Positions 1 to 14,760 of a stretch of 64,000 bases of DNA are shown piece after piece. Origin of the DNA: the human T2T-CHM13v2.0 reference genome, Homo sapiens; the NCBI RefSeq assembly GCF_009914755.1, contig NC_060933.1; one strand, written 5' to 3'. Made by a program: the position numbers and the translations under genes. The notes beneath the pieces are model-generated. The model saw only the letters and a list, made by a program, of their open reading frames with translations, made no database searches and was not told the DNA's origin. Position 1 is the stretch's first letter. The number at the start of each line of letters is the position of its first letter.

Positions 1-163
1 AGTCCATGCAGTGAAGGAGAAAATGATTCTCAGGCTGACCTCTCGGTGAGAGAGATGTGCAGACTCTATGAGCAGAATACCAAGGTGGGGAGCATCTCCA
101 TAAGGGAATTGTCTGAACCACGTTGCTACGAGGATGATCAGCCCCCTGTGCAGAGCTGTAGAC

Positions 164-197
164 GTGTGTGTGCATGTGTGTGTGTGTGTGTGTGTGT
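164..197. repeat. (TG)n microsatellite
   Basis: gtgtgtgtgcatgtgtg...tgtgt read directly. Confidence 0.95.
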
Positions 198-1197
198 AAG
201 TGTTGGCCTGGGGGACAAAAATCAACTAGTTGCTTTCACTTTGTCCTGATAAAACTTTGGAAAAAAAATTTTAAGATACATAGAAAATATCCTTCCTTTC
301 CCATTCCTTTATTTTTCAGCATTGTTTGTTTTCTTGCCCCTCTCGTGCTGTGTTCAGGCTTTGCATCTGTTGAGCGTTTATGAACCTCCTCTGTGGGCCA
401 GTGTCTGTGGTAAGTGCTCACATTGGCTACTTGCCATAATTCTCTCAGAAGTCCTTCAAGGCCCATGTTAGCAACTTCACTTTACAAATAAAGTGAGGCT
501 TCCCCCAGTGCCATACCCAAGAAGCGGGAGAACCAGTGTTCAGCTCGGGTCCCTCTGCCTCTGGAAGGACGCTCTCGATCTTGCTTCTGCAGGGCCTCTC
601 TAGTGAAGTGGGGTGGGAGGCCCCACAGGGATCCTAGAGGCTCCTCTGGGCTAGCATCCAAGGCCACTTCTAGGAGCCTGAATGTCAACACCACCCAGGG
701 CACTGTGTCTTCCACCTCCTCTTGGCTCTTCCTCTCATCTCTCAAGCTAAAGAGCATGTCCAAAGGCTTCTGGAACCAGGGCACTTGAGAGTTTATTTTG
801 CAATTACACCTTGAAGAACTGTAGGATGCTCTAGGCCATTCCTGGGAATTGATTTGCATCTGTCCTCCCAGCCAGTGACCCAGCCTGGAAGGAGGACTAT
901 TGTCATTGTAGTGAGGTGGCCCCAGTTACCTGCAGGTTCAGGAGCAAAGCCTCCTGAAAAATCAAGGTCCATCCTTGAGGACTCTAAGCCTATCTGTGAG
1001 CAAGGCAGGGTCAGAACCACTCAAGCATAACCACAGCTGTGGGTCAGGGAGGGAGGAGCACTGTGTCTCCAAGCCCCTGGATTTCTTTGTGGTAATGAAA
1101 AGTCCTAAGGACACCCTAAGACTGGAATCTGGGAAGGAAGGAAGGAAGGTTTTCCTCCTCATGTGTCCATGTGTGGGTTCTGAGTGGAAGGACAGAA

Positions 1198-1292
1198 TCC
1201 TTACTTTAATTTAATTACCCCTTAAAAGACTTTGTCTCCACTTGTCTCCAAATACAGTCACATTCTGAGATATGGGGTTAGAACTTCAACAC
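1198..1292 (-). mobile_element. MLT1-type (ERVL-MaLR) LTR fragment
   Basis: tttaattacc...aaagac..tctccaaatacagtcacattctgag...ggggttagaacttcaaca matches the antisense 5' part of MLT1A/B/C. Confidence 0.7.
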
Positions 1293-1761
1293 AGGTTAAG
1301 TTGTTTAGGCTCTTTGTTCAGAAGTACCTGATCTAGCCAATGATTTGGCCAACACCTTTTATACTTGGTTTGGGCTCTAAGTGGAGTCTTAGAGAATATC
1401 ATGTACAGGTGACATTACTGGGTTCCAGGGTCCAGAAGGTGTTGGAGGGGTGCTCATGATTGCAGTGGCAGCGGGTCTTCTATAAGCAGTAGGGCAATGG
1501 AATTTCAACCTCCAGACCCTGTGTGCAAAAGCCCCGAGGGTCACTAGGGGCAGTCACAGGGGAAGAAAGGAAATGGCCAGGCCCTTCCAGGTAGAAAGGG
1601 CCATTTGTGCTTGTTGTGGTCTTGTGGGGACACTACAGAACACTGATCAGATGCAATTGGTTGCTATCACCAAGGCAAGAGACTTGGGTTGGACAATTCA
1701 AGGGGTTTCCTGGGCCATGACCTCACCACACCTTCAGTTCCATGTAGACAAAATGACCTGT

Positions 1762-1876
1762 TCTTCCAACAAGTATTGTTTGAGCCCCTGGTACTTGCCA
1801 CACAGAGTTGTAAATGCTGGGGGCACAGCTGTGGGCAGACAGACAAAAATCCCTGCCCATAGGGAGCTGACCTTCC
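1762..1876 (-). mobile_element. L2 3' fragment
   Basis: caacaagtattgtttgagcccct...agacagacaaaaatccctgcccatagggagctgaccttc, typical antisense L2 3' end. Confidence 0.65.
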
Positions 1877-1881
1877 GGTGC

Positions 1882-2110
1882 AAAGGTTGGCATGTTTTCT
1901 GCAAATGTTTTAGGCTTCAGGGGCCGTGTGGTCTCTGCCACAGCTCCTCAACTTGGCAAAAGCAGCCACAGATGACAGGCTCATGAAGGGGTGTGGCGAT
2001 GCTCCAGTACCTTACCTACAAAACAGGTGGCTCATCTGGTCTGTAGAATTTGGCCTGGGTAGTATTTGCTGATCTGTAGAATTTGGCTTGGGCAGTATTT
2101 GCTGATCTTT
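1882..2110 (+). mobile_element. MER58A-like hAT-Charlie MITE with a 33-bp duplicated end
   Basis: aaatgttttaggcttcaggggccgtgtggtctctgccacagctcctcaac...gcagccacagatga...tacaaaacaggtggc. Confidence 0.7.
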
Positions 2111-2313
2111 GCTCTAGTGTACAAGATGGGAAAACATGCTCTAGGTTCAAGTTCTGCCAAATGTATTATGTTTTCAATCCCTTTGCAGAACATCTCTACC
2201 CTTGAGGCTGACTTTAGAGTACTTTGCCCCAGGCCAGCTTTTGCTTGTCACCTTGACCATGTTTGCAGGTGAGGCCGGCCTGCAGAACGTGCTGCTAGCA
2301 GACATCCTCCACC

Positions 2314-3156
2314 AATGGGCTGAGCTGTGTCCCCCACAAATTCCTGTGTTGAAGTTCCAACCCCCATATCTCAGAATGTGACTGTACTTGGAGACAAGAT
2401 CTTTAAAGAGGTAATTAAGTTAGAGTGAGTTCGTATGGGTGGACCTGTAACCAAAAAATATCTGAGACAGCTTTCAATCAATTTAGAAGCGTATTTTGCC
2501 AAGGTTGATAACTCATGCCCATAACTCCTGATAACTCAGGAGACAGTTCTGTGTCTTTCTCCAAAGATGATTTTGAGGGCTTCAATATTTAAAGGGGAAA
2601 AGCAGGCTGGAGGGGAAGGAGGGAGGGTATGGTCACATTACTGAATCCACATGTTGCAAGAGAAAAGGAGCTGGTGGGGGTATAGTCAATTATGTATGCG
2701 TCTTGCACTCAGTAAATCAGCACTTTATGTAAGTTAAGGTGAACATAGAGCAGCTACCTGTGGAGATACTTAACCTTTTATCTGTAGCTATCTGCTTAGG
2801 AACAAAAGGAAAGGCAACTTCTTCCACGACTCAGCTTTCAGCTTAATTTTTTTTTCTTTTGGCACAGTAAATTGTGGACCCAAATTTTAATTTTCCTTTT
2901 CAAAGCCTAATCCAATATAGCCACTGTCCTATAAGAAGGGGAGATGAGGACACAGATACCCACAGAGGGAGGGATGACCATGTGGGGATGCAGGAAGAAG
3001 ACGCCATCTACAAGCCAAGGAGTGAGGCCTCTGGAGAAACCAGCCCTGCTGACACCTTGCTCTGGTACTTCCAGCCTCCAGGGCTGAGAGGATAAATGCG
3101 GGTAGTTTCACCCCTCAGCTCTGTGGTGCTTTGCTATAGCAGCCCAGGCTGACTGT
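2314..3156 (+). mobile_element. MLT1B LTR, split by a MER4A insertion
   Basis: 5' half tgggctga..gtgttgaagt..ctcagaatgtgactgta..gaggtaattaagtta; 3' half ctaatccaata..gccatctacaagccaagga..ttccagcctccag..gctatagcagccc. Confidence 0.8.
2447..2903 (-). mobile_element. MER4A-type ERV1 solo LTR
   Basis: tgtaaccaaaaaatatctgagacag..caatcaatttagaag..tattttgccaaggtt ... gactcagctttcagcttaatttttt..ttttcctttt, matching the antisense MER4A ends. Confidence 0.75.
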
Positions 3157-5459
3157 TAGATCTTCCCTGCCCCAAGCGCAGATGGCGGGATGGAATAAGG
3201 CAGGGCTCCTCCCTTACGGCCAGGCTCTTCCCCCAGCACTGGGAGTAACCCTCACCTTCCCTCTTCCCACTCTTGGTTCCCTCCAAGGCCCTCAGATGGG
3301 TAGTAGCCCTGACAGCTCCTCCACTCCTGGGGAGGTGACCCAGTGGAGGTGGAAGAGGAAATAATTTAGAGAAAGAGAGAAAGTTTGTAGAGATGAGGCT
3401 GAAGGAAGATGTCCTCCTTCCCAGCCTCCAAGAGGTGGACAATAGCATTAACTTCTGGGTGGAAGGAGGTGCTTCCCTTGTTCACTGGACCTACTTGCTC
3501 AAGGAGTGCCCTGGACAGACGCGGGCTGAGGCATGGCCTCCAGTGGCAGGTGTCCTGCTGGAGACACACTTCAGCTGGTGTCAGCATCAGAAACTCTGAT
3601 TGTCCAAACTCTGGAGTCATTAGAAGAGCAAACGGCCAGCCATGGAGGCTTCTGCAGTGTGAGCTTCCAGCCCGGGTGGCATGGCTATTCCCAAAGTAAA
3701 TAAGCAAACCTCTTGTGCCAGGGTTATGAAGCTTTTAATAGATAAGCTGGGAATTGGGAGCCCCTGGAAGGCCCCGCTCCAGTGCTGGGGAGCCCTTCTC
3801 TGGCATCTGCCTCTCAGGTTGCTCTGCCTTATCCTCAGGGTTCTCCTGCACCCGGGGCCAGAGAGCCTTGCCTGCCATGGGCAGGGCCCTTCCCCACACG
3901 CTGGTCCTGCACCAGCTCAGGCCAAACTTGACCACAGTGTTGTGCTAGGTGCCCAGGAGAGCAGGCAGGATGGCGTGAATGCCCCCCAAGCTGACTGTGG
4001 AACTTGGAAGGACAAGCCACTGCGCCTGACTTTGCCGCCCTCAGGGAGGTCGTCGGGGTGTTTGCCCATGGGCTTGCTCCACTGGGGGTGTTGTCACACA
4101 TTCTGATGCCCCTGAGCCCCTTGGCTCCTGGTTGAGTGGCTCACTGGGCATGACAGTGGACTCAGAGCCCATTGGTACATGAGGGACCCTCCTCCAGGCT
4201 CAGGTGCCAGTTCTACTGGCACCTTGACCTACACAGTGCGGGGTGGCTTGGGCGGTGGTAAGGAAAGATTATGAGCAGCACAGTCCTTTACAAAATGCAA
4301 CGCGGCGTTACCCAGATATCTTACTGAGAATTAAAATGTAAAATTTCTTCATTTAAAATTTAATATTGTAACTAAAAGTCCTTTCCAGGACCAGGATTTC
4401 CACTGGTTGTGCCCTGGTGATCGTAGGAGTATTTCCATATCTGATCACTCACAATGCTCGCCTGGCTGGGAGGCCCAGTTCCAGTGCCCTCCCGCAGGGA
4501 CAGGGAGGACAGGTGGGTGGGGCCTCGTATCTGGCTGGACTTGGAGGGGCTGGCCATGAGAAGGGAGGCTGGCCACAGGGCCCACCCGGCTCTTGTCTGG
4601 GGATGATGTGGTGGAGGCCATGGTCTGTTCTATCAGCTTGTGGGAGGTTTGGGGCAGGACAGGGGAGATAGGCATTCAAGGACCATGGCAATCTCTGGAG
4701 AAGGCATTCACAGGGCCCATGGCCTCCAGCCATTTGATCGTGATATTCTGGCTTGTGGGGAAAAGTAAAACTCAGAGGACAGCAAGTAGCCAAGGCTTTG
4801 AATGGGTCTGTGGCCAAGCTCAGGCTAAGATCCCTGGTACGTCATGCTGCTCCTGTTTGCTGGGGGCCTTGGCCCTGCCTCCACCGTCAGGGGTCACCCT
4901 GCTTGGCTGGCCTTACTGTACTTGGCCTGGAACTGTGTATAGGGAGATTGAAGCCAGAGCACACTTCTTGCAGCCTTTTCCTTCAAGCTTTTGAAGAAAA
5001 TAACTTTTTACAGATGGGCCTTGGCCAGGGACAGAAGCATGTTTTGTGTTAAAACAATGGTTGCATTTTCCCCAGGAAACAGCGCCAAGTTACCAGGCCA
5101 CTTTGCCTTGGCAGGGCCTCCTATCCCAGGGTGGACTCTGGCCCACACCAGGGCTGTGTCTCCATCACCCTGTCATGGCAAGAAAAAGAGAAAACACCCA
5201 AGACGTGAAGCAGGCTTGCCTGCTCCTACCTGCCCTGCAAGCTTGTCTCTGCCCCAAGCCCCCAACCCTGTCCCCTGAGCTTCTCTTTACCCCAGACTTG
5301 GCTCTTGTCCTGGTGAGAGTGTGCTCTCTGAGCCCCAGAGGGTGAGTGGCATTCAGAGAGTGTCTGAGGACACAGAATTATGAAATCATACTTGGGAAAC
5401 CACCCAGAGGCAAGCGCTTGGAAAGACTCCTGTTTTTATTTCTTCCCCCGCTCTACCTC

Positions 5460-6889
<1,430 letters not shown>

Positions 6890-7797
6890 ATTTTATTTTG
6901 AGATAATAGTTGCAGATTGACATGCAGTTTTAAGAATTAATACAGATTCCACATACCCTACACTCAAGTTCTCTAATAGTTACATCTTGCATAACTTTAG
7001 TACAATATCACAACCAGGAAATTTATATTGAAACAATCCATTGACTTTATTCAGATTTCACCAGTTGTATGTGTAAGTGTGTGTGTTTAGTTCTATGCAA
7101 TTTTATCACATGTGCAGATTTGTGTGACTACCCCACAATCAAAGTACAAAACAGTCCCATCCCCACAGGAATTCCTCATACTACTCTGCTACAGCCCTTC
7201 TTCCTTTCCCGCCTCCGCCCAGCCTCTGGCAACCACTCATCTGTTCTCCATCTCTATAATTTTGTCAGTTCAAGAATGTTACATAAATGGAATCATACAG
7301 TATGTAACCAAAGATTGGCTTTTTCACTCAACATAATTCCCTTGAGACTCATCAAGTTATTTTGTATATGAATAGTTCATTGCCTTTTATTGCTCATTAG
7401 TATTCCATAGTATAGATGGACCATGGTTTAACGACCCACTCACTAAAGAACATCCAGATTGTTTCTGGTTTTGGATGATTACAAATAAAGCAAAGATTCT
7501 GGTACATGTTTTTGGGTGAACACACATTTTCATTTCTCTGAGATAAAGGCCCAGGGGTATAATTGCTGCGTTGTAGGGTAGTTGCATCTTCTGCATTTTA
7601 AGAATCTGCCAAACTGTTTTCCAGAATGGCTGCATCACTTTTTTTCCCACCAGCCATGTATGAATGAATGATCCGGTTTCTCCACATCCTCACCAATGTT
7701 TGGTGCCATCACTATTTTTTTTTTATTTTAGCTATGTTGACAAATGTGTAGTGATATTTTGTAAGGGCATTAATTTACATTTCCCTAATGGCTAATG
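6890..7797 (-). mobile_element. L1MC1/2-like 3' end
   Basis: ttttattttgagataat..catcttgcataac..agtacaatatcacaaccaggaaat..ctctggcaaccact..aaatggaatcatacagtatgtaacc..ctgccaaactgttttccagaatggctgca. Confidence 0.75.
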
Positions 7798-7799
7798 CT

Positions 7800-8043
7800 A
7801 ATATGAGTTTCTGCTTCGTGTATTTTGAAGCTCTGCTCTTTGGTGCATACCCATTCAGAATTGTTTAAGTCTTTTCAGCATGTTGATTCTCTTACCATTT
7901 TTATAATGTCTCCATTTATCTCTAATAATTTTATTTGGTACTACTTCATCTAATGTTATAGCCACTCTTGTTTTTTCATTGTTTTCATAGTATATCTTTC
8001 TCCATTCTTTTCTTTTCAACCTACTTATATGTTTGTATATGAG

Positions 8044-8095
<52 letters not shown>

Positions 8096-10690
8096 CACTA
8101 TGCCAATCTGTCTTCCTATTGTTATATTTAGATCATTTATACTTAAGGTAATTATTGATATGTTAGGGCTTCTATTTTATTTTATTGCTTGTTTTCTGTT
8201 TGCTTCCTCAGTTTCTCCCTCATTTATTTTTCTTTTGTTACTTTCCTTCGGGTTGCTTAAACATTTTTTAGGATATACTCTTGATTTATTTGTAGTGTTT
8301 TTGAGTATTGTTTTCTGAGTGATTACTCCAGCTACTATAAGATACATATATAATTATAATGTGCTGGTACTGATGTTTTACTACTTTATATTAAGTACAG
8401 AAAATTTATTTCCATTTAGGTTCCTTTAATCTGTCTATTAAAAACATAATCATCTTGTGTAACATGTACAATGAGCACCTCACTATATTGTGTTATATTT
8501 GATTCAACCATCAAATTTAATTTTTAAAACTCATAAGAAAAACAGTGTATCATATTTAACCCTATTTTGACCCATTCTGATGGTCTTTTTCTTTCTTTCT
8601 GACATTTATTCTGTTATTTTTTTTTCTGCTTATGAAATTTCTCCAGCCATTCTTTAAGGGCAGGTTTGCTGTAACACATTCTTTTAGTTTTCTTGTCTGA
8701 GATTATCCTTCATTACTGTAAGATGTTTTCATCAGACTTAGAATTTGGGGTTGACAGTTCTTTTCTTTCAGTTCCTGAAAAATGTGGCTCTGCTTCTTTC
8801 TTGCCTCTATGTTTCCAGTGAGAAATCTACTGTCATTTAACTCAAGTTTTCTTATAAGGAATACTGTTTTTCTCTGGCTGCTTTAAAGAATTTTTCTTTG
8901 TTTTTAGTTGCACAAAGTTTAATTATGATGTGCCTTTAGTGTGAATTTCTTTACATTTATCTTATTTGAGATTTTCTCAACCTCTTGAATCTGTTGACAT
9001 ACCTTTCACTGAAGTGAGATATTTTTAGCCATTATTTCTTCAAATACCCTTTCAGTTCCATTCTCTCTCTCCTCTCCTTCTGAAATTTTGATGGTGTTAT
9101 TGTAACTTCTTTCATTATTGCCCCCAAGTTTTCTGAGGTGTCACTGATTTTTTTCAGTCTATTTTATTTTTGTTGTGTGGATTGGACCCATTCTATTCAT
9201 CTGTCCTCGAGTTTTCTGATTGCATCCTCTCTCATTTCCAATGAGTCCATCCACCGAGGTTTCTTTAAATTGTATTTTGGTGATTGCATTTTTAGTTCTG
9301 TAATTTCCTTTGGTTCTTTTTTATACCACCAGTTGTTTTATTAATTTTTCTATTTTTTTCATTTGTTACAAAGTAATTCATAATTGCTTGTTGAAGCATT
9401 TTTATGGTGGCTGGTTTAAAATCGTTATAAGATGATTTCAACACGAGAATCATCATGGTGCTCATATCTGTCGCCTGTTTTTTCTCTTTCAAGTTATGAT
9501 TTTCCTGTTAATAATTTGATGAGTGATTTTCAGTTGTATCCTGGGCATTTTGGAAATTGAATTATGAAACTCAGAAATCTATGCAATCTTTTTTTTGTGT
9601 ATTTATTTTACGAGGTAGCATTGTGTTGAGGTATAACATCAGGGCTGGTTGGGTGTGCATGTTCAGCTTTCTCCTGGCTCTGCAACATCCTTCTAGCAAA
9701 AACTAACTGTTTAATAACACTGCATCTTTGCAGATAAGGTGAGGTGCAAGTTCTGCTTCCCTATGGGCCTCATTGACACCTTTCCCCAAAATGTGTGACA
9801 TTGGCTCATGTTACCTCATTGCCTCTGAGTGGAGAGGTGTAAGCTCAGCTCCCCATTTGTAGCAGATACTCCTAACAGTTGAGTATCTGCTACTCTGACT
9901 AATACACCATTGGACCCTGAAACCAGGCGGAGGGTAAGCGGAGGGCTGACTTATACCACTTTGTTGCTATACAGTATGGCAAACCTTAGCTCCCTGTTGG
10001 ACTCTGCTGACACCAGGAGAGGGGAGAAGTGGAGTGACAACTAGCCTCCCTTCCCACCACTTCATTCCGCCTCACTGATGCTGGATGAGGGCAGATGTTG
10101 GATTCCCCATCTGGCCCCACTGATACCAACGTGGGGGGAAAATGATGTGCTGTCCAGGCCCCACTCAGACTGCCTTATTTTATCTAGTTGATATTGGAGA
10201 GGACTGAGCTTGCAGGACTGGCTCTCACCTGCCACCTGGACACTGCCTTGGTGAGGGAGTTAGAACACCACCTGCCCCTGCCTGGGGGGAGATGGAAGAT
10301 CAGCTGCCTGCTCCGTCCTACCGATGCTACCCATGTAGGGGAATCAAAGCACCACTACCACGACCTGCCTCTACCAAGCAGAAGGTGAAAGTTGGTGGTT
10401 ATTCCCATTTTCCTGGTGCCCCTTGTACACTCCTAAGCAGGGGAACTGAAGGGAGGGAAACTGAAGAGAGATTTCATGTTGCTGTAAGATATAGATGATG
10501 TGGAGTGGAAGATCAGCTCTCAGCTTGGTCCACCGAAATCACAGTGTGGCAGGGGCAGGAGAGTAGGATGTGGGTTTTTCCTGTTGATGTTTGGCCAGCA
10601 TGGTCAAAATTGTGAATATTCAGTAATTTATATTGTTAAAAAGACTTTCTGTTGTAAAGCCACTCTTTTCCTCATCCTTTAACCAGGAGG
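7800..10690 (-). mobile_element. old L1M (L1MC/MD-type) ORF2-start/ORF1/5' region
   Basis: tattttgaagctctg..ggtgcatac, gagaaatctactgtcatt, ttttcagccattatttcttcaaata-like, attgcttgttgaagcatttttatg; GC-richer repeated 5' subunits at 9.7-10.6 kb. Confidence 0.7.
8047..8092. repeat. (AT)23 microsatellite
   Basis: uninterrupted atatat... run. Confidence 0.97.
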
Positions 10691-11523
10691 AACATAATCC
10701 TAAGACCATTGTTTTTGCCTTTTCATCTAAATGAGAGTGTAGCCAAATATATAATTCTCATTTTGAATTATCTTATTTCACGTATTTGAGCATTACTCTA
10801 ATGTCTTCTTATTCTCCATGGTATTATTGAAAGATTGATGACATTCAGATTCTGAGATATTTTGGAAGTGACTAACCCCTCTCATCAAACACTTTTGGAG
10901 TTTTTCTATGTCTGTGATATTGTTATCACATATTGTTATCACAGACATAGAAAACATATTGTCTATGTTTCTAGTATGGATTTTTCCATATGTATCTTTT
11001 TTTGGTATGTGGTCAGACCTTTCAACTTGAGAACTTTCATTTTTCTTTAAGTCAGTAAAATTTCATTCTTTATTTCTTTCAATAATTTTTCCTCTAATAT
11101 ATGTAGTAGTATGTATAATGTATATACTATATTCAATAGTATATAAATATTGTATAGTATATGAAAAAGATATGAACATTGGAATCTATCACATGTATTC
11201 GTTTTCATTTACATTTCTTGTCTTTTTGCTACTCGATGATGCCTTCTAAAAGGAGTTCTTCACCTAAAAGGAATGTATGTTTCAACTCATGCATTCCTTC
11301 TCTAGCTACATTCATTCAACAATTAATCCTATATATTGAGATTTTTGTATTCATATTTTTCAAGCCTGGCATTTTTACTTGGCTATTCTTTAGAAATACT
11401 TCTGCCCCTTTGTCATGTCATCAATGTCCTCTCTTCCCTCTTCAAGAATGTTTGTTATACTTAAGTTCTCTCAGTCCATTTGTTCCTCTTCATCTGATGC
11501 TGATTATCCAATGTATTATCTTT

Positions 11524-11841
11524 AAAAAATTTTTATTTACTCATATATTTTTTAGGAGGTGGGGTCTCACTCTGTCACCCAGGCTGGTGTGCAGTGGTGC
11601 AATCATAGCTCACTGCAGCCTCAAACTCCAGGGCTCAAGCAATAATTCTGCCCCAGCCTCCCAGGCATCTGTGACCACGGGTATGTGCCACAATACCCAG
11701 CTAAATTTTACATTTTTGTTTTTGTAAACACAGGTCTCACTTTGTTGCCTTGGTTAGTCTTAAACTCCTGACCATGAGTGATCCTCTGGTCTCAGCCTCC
11801 CAGAGTGCTGGGATTACAAGTGTGAGCCACCACTTCCGACC
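11524..11841 (-). mobile_element. AluJ (old Alu)
   Basis: gcaatcatagctcactgcagcctcaaactccagggctcaagc (J diagnostics); TSD tgtattatcttt at 11512-11523 and 11842-11853. Confidence 0.88.
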
Positions 11842-12987
11842 TGTATTATCTTTTATAATATTGGTTATTCTCCTCAGTTGTCTCATCTCCCCTATCTTGT
11901 GAGATCAAATTTTAACAAGCCAACTACCCTGACTAATAATATTTGTCTAGAAGAATGAGCTGAATGGGCTGGAGCCGGGGTCTGGATTTTGCCCATTCTG
12001 GTGATTTTAGAAAGGGGCTAACATGCTACTGGGTGGAAAGGCCCTGGTGTTCAGCTGTGGACTTGAGTTTTATGTAACCCCACCCATCTAGAAAACCTGC
12101 CTCTACTCGTGCCCCTGGATCTGCTTCATCCAGGTGGTTTTCCTTCTATTTTGATTGTGACCTTATAACTCTTGGAGTACACCAGGTGGGACAGGAGGTC
12201 ACTCCATAGCACTCTGTCGCTGCTTCAGTGATACCTTCCCCTCTTCAGGGGTGTGCACCTGGAGCTATTACTTTTATGATTCATGGCATGAATAAGCCAA
12301 GATTTAATTCACTCTGGACAAAGAGGCCCAGATTATTCTCTGACCCTAGGGTCTGGTTCTCTGCCATGGATGTTCTGTTCTCATACACCATGCCTTGAAC
12401 GCTTGTGTGTCCAAAATACACTTTAAGAAATAGAAGCAAAATGATGAGATAATGGGCTTTGTTGGTCTCGACTGTTTGACTCATGACTGGCCACACTGAT
12501 GAAAGCTGCTGTAGTTTGACAATGGTCATTGCACTCAAAAATACCTCCCTGAGGGCTGCTTTCTGAGAATGGACAGGACATGGGAAGCCAGTGTCCCTGG
12601 GTCCTGGTTATAAACCTCTTATCTGGTCAACCCAGAGTTGTCCCACCAGGCACAATGCTAGCACTGGTAAGAACACTCTACAGATTGGCATGTGAGGACA
12701 GAGCACATAGGAAAGAAGCCTCATCATCCTACCCCCACTCCCATCTACCTATGCTTTCCCCTCATCTTCTGGAATGCTTTTAACTTTTTCGTCTCTGAAG
12801 GACAAAGAATGACTCTCAGATCAGGGCAGAAGCACACTAGCAAAAAGAGAAGCCTTTCCTGTTTGCTTTGCTTTATCATGTGACAGCTGTTTGCTTCCTC
12901 CAGCACATGCCATAGATGCCAGAGAGCAGCAAATGGCATCTTCAGGCCACTTGGAGCGGTCGATTCCCAGATGTGGTGCCCAGGGAG

Positions 12988-13341
12988 TGATATGGTTTAG
13001 CTGTGTCCCCACCCAAATCTAAATTTGAATTGTATCTCCTAGAATTCCCATGTGTTGTGGGAGGAACCCAGGGGAAGGTATTTGAACCACAGGGGCCAGT
13101 ATTTCCCATGTTATTCTTGAGATAGTGATTAAGTCTCATGAGATCTGATGGGTTTATCAGGGGTTTCCGCTTTTGCTTCTTCCTGATTTTCTCTTGCTGC
13201 TGCCATGTAAGAAGTGCCTTTGACCTCCCACCATGATTCTGAGGCCTCCCCAGCCATGTGGGACTGTAAGTCCCATTAAACCTCTTTTTCTTCCCAGTCT
13301 CAGGTATGTCTTTATCAGTTGCATGAAAATGAACTAATACA
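12988..13341 (+). mobile_element. THE1A solo LTR (MaLR)
   Basis: TGATATGGTT...ctaataCA termini, internal ggggtttccgcttttgcttcttcc; perfect 5-bp TSD GGGAG. Confidence 0.9.
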
Positions 13342-13492
13342 GGGAGCCTGAGCATGCTTTTGTGAATGGGGCCAATGTCTTCACCAGCTCTCACTGCAAG
13401 GAGACCATTTGATCTTTGGAAAATGTGGTAAGGTATTCAGCTCATACACATTAATCCAAATTTGAACGATGAAATCTATGGCAGGGAAATTT

Positions 13493-14760
13493 ATTCATTC
13501 ATTTATTCATTAAACAAAAATTTGATAAGCACAGGCACTTCGTTAAACCCTGGGAAACAATAGTGAAATAAACAGAGAATGAGGTTTACTTTCCAGTAGG
13601 AGGAGACTGATAGTAATATCACAGACCCTTGATTAAGATGACTAATTTAAATGGTGATAAATGCAAAGGAGGAAATAAAAGTAGATCATGTGATTGAGAG
13701 GGATACAGGGCTGGGGGTTGGTCCTTTCTATAAGAAGGCAGGACAGGAAAGCCTCTTTTAGGAAGTTATGTATGCTCTGAGCTTTGTAAGATAAAGAAGG
13801 ACAGGTCATACAAAAAGCCAGAGGGAAACCTTCCTGGCAGAGGAAACAGTGAGCACCAAGTTCCCTAGCTGTGATCAGCATTGGTCTGTTTGAGCAACAG
13901 AAAGGGATCAGTGTGTTTGGAACCAGGTGAGCAAAGGGGTAAGGGATAAGAGATGACATCCAAGAAGTGAGCAGCAACAAATTGTGCAAGAAAAGAAGTC
14001 CATTGTTTTTTCCGTGAGTACAATAAACATTCACTGGAGGGTTTTAATCATGTTTTTGTTCTACTTTGCTTTAATATATCCCTGGATCATATGCAGATTG
14101 TAGGGTGAAGAATGGAAGACAGATGATCAGTTAGGAGGTTACTACTGCATGGTAGACAAGAGATAATGTTGGCTGGGATTCTGGTGGTAACAATGGAGAT
14201 GGAACAAAATAGACAGAGTTAGGATATATTTTGGAGTTGTGGTTGACAAGCCTTTCCATAGATGTATGAACTGGGTTTCTCCAGAGTTTGGTGATGAGTT
14301 AATTGAATTATGTTATAATTTTCTGAGATAGTAAAGACCAGGCAGGGAAGGAACAGGTTTGACACCTGACTGGAGGCAGATGTTCAGTAGAGAACTGCCA
14401 TCAGTACCAGCAGCAATATGGGATGTGGAACGGCTCTGGGGTGAAATTGACCAGAGGAAAGTGGAGGAAGTGGATCTTGAGCTCTTGCAATAGAAATGAT
14501 GCCAGGTTGGATGTAGGGTGTGGGTGGGTGGGAATGATGGCTGGAGGTAAAAAGAGAAGGAAATGGAGTTGAGAGGTACTTTAAGATGTCAACTTTCAGG
14601 ATAATGTTGCATTGGTTAAGGGGCTGTAAGGAAGAGGGAGGTATTTTGGCTTGTGAAACTCAATGAGTGGAAGGATAACCACTAATACAGAAAAGATGGA
14701 AGAGGACCAAGTTTAGGAGAAAATATCATAAGTTTAACTTTAGACAAGTTGAGTTAAAAG
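13493..14760 (-). mobile_element. L2a LINE
   Basis: starts attcattcatttattcatt (antisense L2 tail), followed by typical L2 text such as gcagaggaaacag, ggaggttactactgca, aggatatattttggag. Confidence 0.75.

Noticed and set aside
11121-11145. 10-bp AT-rich inverted repeat tatatactat/atagtatata
   Set aside because: Lies in TA-rich low-complexity DNA where such stems are expected by chance.
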